Shown: positions 59,999-64,000 of the stretch, piece by piece | Layout: each line of letters begins with the position of its first letter | Position numbering within the stretch: position 1 is the stretch's first letter | Assembly (NCBI GenBank): GCA_964650305.1 | Contig: CAZYST010000002.1 | Location: 26,887-90,886 of the forward strand | DNA: 64,000 nt | From: an uncultured Lachnospiraceae bacterium | Lineage (GTDB): Bacteria; Bacillota; Clostridia; TANB77; CAG-508 | Reading direction: 5' to 3' | Made by a program: the position numbers and the translations under genes | The notes under the pieces: generated by a model | What the model was told of the DNA's origin: nothing | The model's input: only the letters and a program-made list of their open reading frames with translations | Database searches by the model: none

Positions 59999-61366
59999 TT
60001 ATTTTCCCAAACAGAATTTTGAAAAAATTTCTTTTATAACATCGTCTGTAACAGTTTCACCTGTAACCTTTCCAAGTTCTTCAATAATTTCTTTCATATA
60101 TGAAGATATTATATCAATTGGCATTGAATTTTTAATAGTTTCTTTTGCTTTTTCTAAATTTTTTCTTGAATTTATTATTAAATTTTTATGTCTTAAATTA
60201 CTTACTATTATTTCTCCATCATTTGCAACTTCTTTTAATTTAAGCATTTTAGATATTTCTTCATATAATTTATCTATATTTTCTCTTGTTTTTGTTGATA
60301 TTTCAACAATTGGCTTGTTTAATTTTTTTATTTTATCTATATTTTTTCTTTCATTTAAGTCTATTTTATTTAATACTATTACAGCATTTTTTTCTTTTAA
60401 TAATTCTAATATATCTTCATCTTCTTTATTTAATTCTCTGGTTACATCAAAAATTGCTATAACAATATCACTTTTTTTAGCTATTTCAATAGCTTTTTTT
60501 ACACCGATTTTTTCAACTTCATCTTTTGCATCTCTAATTCCAGCCGTATCTATTATTTTTAAAGGAACTCCATCAATATTTATAAATTCTTCTATTGTAT
60601 CTCTTGTTGTTCCTTCAAATTCTGTTACAATCGCTCTTTCTTCATTTAATATAACATTAAGTAGTGAAGATTTTCCAGCATTAGGTCTTCCTATAATTGC
60701 TGTACTTACCCCTTCTCTTAAAATTTTGCCATTATAAAAGCTTTTTTCTAAAAGGTATAGGTCATTATCCACCTCATCTAATATTTTTGAAATTTGGGCT
60801 GTTGTAACTTCTTCTATGTCATATTCTGGATAATCTATGGTTGCTTCTATATCTGCCAAAACTGATATTATTTTTTTTCTAATATTTTCTATTTTTTCTG
60901 ATAAATTTCCTTTTAATTGTTCTAATGAAACTTTAGCTTCTTTATCTGTTTTAGCATTTATTATATCAATTACAGATTCTGCTTGTGTTAAATCTAATCT
61001 TCCATTTAAAAATGCCCTTTTAGTAAATTCTCCTGGTTCTGCTAATTCTGCACCATTTTTTATGCAAAGATCTAATATTTCTTTCATTATAATAATTCCA
61101 CCATGTGAATTAATTTCACACATATTCTCTGCTGTATAACTTTTAGGTGCTTTAAAATATGAAACTAGTACTTCATCTATTATCTTACAATTTTCATCTA
61201 TAATATTTCCATATTTTATAGTATATCCTTTAATTTGTTCTATATTTTGATGATTTTTTTGTTTAAATACTTTTTCTAAAATATCAAAACAATTTTCACC
61301 ACTCATTCTTATTATTCCGATTCCTCCAACACCTGGTGCTGTTGAGATAGCAACTATTGTACTCAT
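59999..61366 (-). CDS. mnmE: tRNA modification GTPase MnmE (TrmE)
   Basis: STIVAISTAPGVGGIGIIRMSG, G1 GRPNAGKSSLLN, DTAGIR, C-terminal FCLGK. Confidence 0.95.
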   Translation of the reverse strand: MSTIVAISTAPGVGGIGIIRMSGENCFDILEKVFKQKNHQNIEQIKGYTIKYGNIIDENCKIIDEVLVSYFKAPKSYTAENMCEINSHGGIIIMKEILDLCIKNGAELAEPGEFTKRAFLNGRLDLTQAESVIDIINAKTDKEAKVSLEQLKGNLSEKIENIRKKIISVLADIEATIDYPEYDIEEVTTAQISKILDEVDNDLYLLEKSFYNGKILREGVSTAIIGRPNAGKSSLLNVILNEERAIVTEFEGTTRDTIEEFINIDGVPLKIIDTAGIRDAKDEVEKIGVKKAIEIAKKSDIVIAIFDVTRELNKEDEDILELLKEKNAVIVLNKIDLNERKNIDKIKKLNKPIVEISTKTRENIDKLYEEISKMLKLKEVANDGEIIVSNLRHKNLIINSRKNLEKAKETIKNSMPIDIISSYMKEIIEELGKVTGETVTDDVIKEIFSKFCLGK

Positions 61367-61460
61367 TTTTTCTCCTCTTTATAAAAAATCTTAATTATTA
61401 TATCATAGTCTACATAATAAATCAAGAAGTCTTTCTTTTATAAATTCTATATTTTGAGCA

Positions 61461-61486
61461 TAAAAAAACACCATTTTACTGGTGTT
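61461..61486 (-). terminator. Rho-independent terminator after jag
   Basis: Stem AACACC/GGTGTT with an 8-nt loop, followed on the minus strand by T7. Confidence 0.55.
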
Positions 61487-61494
61487 TTAAAATC

Positions 61495-62184
61495 TTATTT
61501 TAAAGATACAACTATTTTCCTATATGGTTCTTCTCCAACGCTATATGTTTTTATTTTATTATTTGTTTGTAATTTTGTATGAATGATTTTTCTTTCATAA
61601 GCTGTCATTGGCTCTAAAGTAATTGATTTTTTAGTTTTTATAACAGAACCTGCTATTTTCACTGCTAATGTTTCTAAATCTTTTTTTCTTTTTTCTCTAT
61701 ATCCACCTATATTTAATAAAACTTTAACTTTTTCATGTGAATCTTTTGAAGCTATATTAGAGATTATTGTTTGTATACTATTTAATACTTCTCCTCTATA
61801 TCCTATTAAATATCCTGTATCTTCACCTTCTATATCTATTTTTATAATTCCATTTTCTTCTTCTATTTTATATTTTAAATCTTTTGAAGGTAATTTAGAT
61901 ATAAATTCATCTAAAAACTTTTTAATTTTTTCTTCTGCTTTTTCTTTTTCTTCTTCTGTTATAACAGCTTTTTTTACTGTTTTCTTTTCTTCTACTTTTT
62001 CTTCTTCTTTTAACTTCATTTCTACTTTAACAACTCTTGGTGTTAATATACTAAAAAAACTTCTTTTTTCTTCATTTTCTAATACTTTTATATCTACTTT
62101 ATTTTTAGAAACTTTTAATTCACTAAGTCCTTTTTCAATAGCTTCATTTGTAGTCTTTCCTTCGAATATATATGTTTTTTCCAT
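61495..62184 (-). CDS. jag: Jag/KhpB RNA-binding protein (Jag_N, KH, R3H)
   Basis: GYLIGYRGEVLNSIQ (KH-like) and MTAYERKIIHTKL (R3H). Lies downstream of yidC. Confidence 0.85.
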   Translation of the reverse strand: MEKTYIFEGKTTNEAIEKGLSELKVSKNKVDIKVLENEEKRSFFSILTPRVVKVEMKLKEEEKVEEKKTVKKAVITEEEKEKAEEKIKKFLDEFISKLPSKDLKYKIEEENGIIKIDIEGEDTGYLIGYRGEVLNSIQTIISNIASKDSHEKVKVLLNIGGYREKRKKDLETLAVKIAGSVIKTKKSITLEPMTAYERKIIHTKLQTNNKIKTYSVGEEPYRKIVVSLK

Positions 62185-63035
62185 TATTCTTCCTCCTCAT
62201 CTTTGAAAAACTTATTTAAAACAACTCTTTCTAATATCATTAGTAAATTACTTGTAAGCCAATATAAAGCTAATCCCAAAGGAGCAATAAGTGCAATACT
62301 TACAGACATTATTGGCATCATCAAAGACATATTTCTGTTCATTTCTTCCATAGCATCTACTTCATCATCTTGTTTCTTTTCTATTTTTTCATCATTTACG
62401 ATAATTTCTTTTTCATCTTTTTTCTTTTTGTTCATATTATTTGTTATTTTCATTGATATTAATGATGTAGCTACATATAAAGCTGGTATTATAAATACTT
62501 TAAAATCTGAATAATCTTGTGATGGAATATCACTTAAATCTAATCCAAAAAATTCCATATTTATTTTTACATTTTCGTCTTCTGTTGATTTCGCTTTTAT
62601 TATTGCAATTTCAGGATAGTTTACTCTTTCTCCAGATTGTTTTATTTCTTCTGTATATTTATTTATAGTATCTGCATCAACATGTTTCATATATGTTAAA
62701 GGTCTACTAACTAAATAAAATATTGATAATATTATAACAAATTGAACAATAGAACTTAAACATCCGCTAAATGGACTCATATTTTCTTTTTTATATAAAT
62801 CCATAAGTTCTTGACTAAGTCTTACTTGATCTGAAGCATATTTTTCTTGTAATTCTTTTGATTTTTCTTGTATTTTTACTGATTTTTTTAAAGTTTTTTG
62901 TTGCTTAATAGAAATTGGTAACATTATAAGTTTTAGAAGAATTGTAAAAATAATTATAGCTATACCATAATTATTTACTAAATTATAGATCATGTTTAAA
63001 ACATAACCAAATGCGTTTGCACAAAAATTAAACAT
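62184..63035 (-). CDS. yidC: Membrane protein insertase YidC/SpoIIIJ family
   Basis: Multi-TM protein with an LKLIMLPISIKQQKTLKK-type first cytoplasmic helix and PIMSVSIALIAPLGLALYWLTSN. Confidence 0.85.
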   Translation of the reverse strand: MFNFCANAFGYVLNMIYNLVNNYGIAIIIFTILLKLIMLPISIKQQKTLKKSVKIQEKSKELQEKYASDQVRLSQELMDLYKKENMSPFSGCLSSIVQFVIILSIFYLVSRPLTYMKHVDADTINKYTEEIKQSGERVNYPEIAIIKAKSTEDENVKINMEFFGLDLSDIPSQDYSDFKVFIIPALYVATSLISMKITNNMNKKKKDEKEIIVNDEKIEKKQDDEVDAMEEMNRNMSLMMPIMSVSIALIAPLGLALYWLTSNLLMILERVVLNKFFKDEEEE

Positions 63036-63043
63036 TTCTCCTC

Positions 63044-63262
63044 CTATTTTAACGGGTCATAACCTCCCTTTGAAAAAGGATTACATTTTAATATTCTTTT
63101 TATTCCTAATAAAACTCCTTTTATAAATCCATATTTTTCAACAGCTTGCTTCATATATTCTGAACACGTTGGTTCATATTTACAATGAATTCCTAAATGT
63201 TCTAAATATGAAGATATATGTTTTTTATAAAAATCTATTAATGCTATTATGATTTTTTTCAT
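63044..63262 (-). CDS. yidD: Membrane protein insertion efficiency factor YidD
   Basis: LIDFYKKHIS...CKYEPTCSEYMKQAVEKYG signature. Confidence 0.85.
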   Translation of the reverse strand: MKKIIIALIDFYKKHISSYLEHLGIHCKYEPTCSEYMKQAVEKYGFIKGVLLGIKRILKCNPFSKGGYDPLK

Positions 63263-63606
63263 TATTTTTCTATCACATCTGCTTTTTTTAATATTTTTTC
63301 AAAATCCTTATATATTTCTATATATTTTACATTTTCAATATTAATATTTTTATTTATAATAATCAAAATATTTGTCCCGTTTTTAATATTGTTTTCAAAA
63401 TTTTTATAATTTTCCCTTATCAATCTTTTAATTCTATTTCTTTTTACTGCTTTTCCACTTTTTCTTGAAACAGCAATTCCAAGTTTTTTATAAGAATTTT
63501 TTGTTCTATGAATATACATATTTATACATTCACCAGAAAAAAACTTTCCTTTAGAAAAAAATTTTTTAAATTCATAATTTTTTTTAATAATTATCGTATT
63601 CTTCAC
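63262..63606 (-). CDS. rnpA: Ribonuclease P protein component
   Basis: KAVKRNRIKRLIRE (RNR motif); 114 aa basic protein between rpmH and yidD. Confidence 0.85.
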   Translation of the reverse strand: MKNTIIIKKNYEFKKFFSKGKFFSGECINMYIHRTKNSYKKLGIAVSRKSGKAVKRNRIKRLIRENYKNFENNIKNGTNILIIINKNINIENVKYIEIYKDFEKILKKADVIEK

Positions 63607-63650
63607 AAATTTTCACTTTTCTTTCTTAAAAATTTAAAATTAAAAGACTT

Positions 63651-63674
63651 AAAAAAAGGGCGCTATGCGTCCCC
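63651..63674 (-). terminator. GC-rich hairpin plus T-run between rpmH and rnpA (attenuator/partial terminator)
   Basis: On the minus strand, GGGACGC-ATA-GCGCCC (one bulge) followed by T7. Confidence 0.4.
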
Positions 63675-63682
63675 ATTTTTAT

Positions 63683-63817
63683 TTAAGCACAAATTTCTTT
63701 TCTACCTTTATTTCTTCTTGCTTTTAAAACTTTTCTTCCTGCTCTTGTTTGCATTCTTTTTCTAAAGCCATGAACTTTATTTCTTTGTCTCTTTTTTGGT
63801 TGATATGTTCTTTTCAT
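63683..63817 (-). CDS. rpmH: 50S ribosomal protein L34 (44 aa; below the ORF-track cut-off)
   Basis: Reverse translation gives [56 protein letters not shown] at 63821-63829. Confidence 0.95.
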   Translation of the reverse strand: MKRTYQPKKRQRNKVHGFRKRMQTRAGRKVLKARRNKGRKEICA

Positions 63818-64000
63818 TTTGCACCTCCTAATTTATATATATTTATTTTATTTTTTGTTTTTATTAACAATTAAATTAAAAACTATTCACAAGCAATATA
63901 GATTATACTATAAAGTTTCTAAAAAAGTCAAGTATCTCGCAAAATTTCTACTATTATTATATATTTTTTTATTTTTCATATTATTAAGAAGAAAGTATTT

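Noticed and set aside
59901-60737. Long plus-strand ORFs antisense to well-supported minus-strand genes. Examples are 59901-60737 opposite mnmE, 25152-25604 opposite minC, 25897-26478 opposite PBP2, and 1222-1560, 5803-6090, 18297-18695 and 18750-19223 inside the giant genes.
   Set aside because: Their translations are low-complexity F/L/S/I strings with no motifs or RBS. They arise because the complement of A-rich, stop-poor codons is also stop-poor. The opposite-strand genes carry unambiguous family motifs.

Overview
This is a very AT-rich (by eye about three quarters A+T) chromosomal segment from a spore-forming low-GC Firmicute, Clostridia-like. It carries spoIIR, a GerM-like gene, CotF-like genes, mreBCD and minC. 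The right edge sits next to the replication origin, with the order parB-parA-rsmG-mnmG-mnmE-jag-yidC-yidD-rnpA-rpmH on the minus strand, which is the leading strand away from oriC. Positions ~25-64 kb are mostly ordinary housekeeping genes: cell shape, murA, rRNA/tRNA modification, six tRNA genes, a tyrosine kinase/phosphatase pair and a VanW protein. A few oddities sit among them: a UDP-sugar pyrophosphorylase::phosphohexomutase fusion, a decayed ECF sigma gene, and two nearly ORF-free deserts that are extremely AT-rich by eye around a tRNA-Ser pair. The left 24 kb is the accessory part. It holds four giant minus-strand surface-protein genes of 1844, 2731, 1738 and >1409 codons; the last is truncated by the window edge and missing from the ORF track. 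They are arranged as a duplicated, translationally coupled two-gene module (A-B / A'-B'). The B-type proteins carry thioester-domain-like Cys/Gln signatures and isopeptide-type Ig modules. B1 also contains a 179-residue segment with 18 Cys and 13 His that I cannot assign to any known domain. No canonical LPXTG signal and no sortase gene are visible. I saw no CRISPR array, transposase, integrase or rRNA gene. All calls rest on reading the sequence and motifs by eye; no database search was run.
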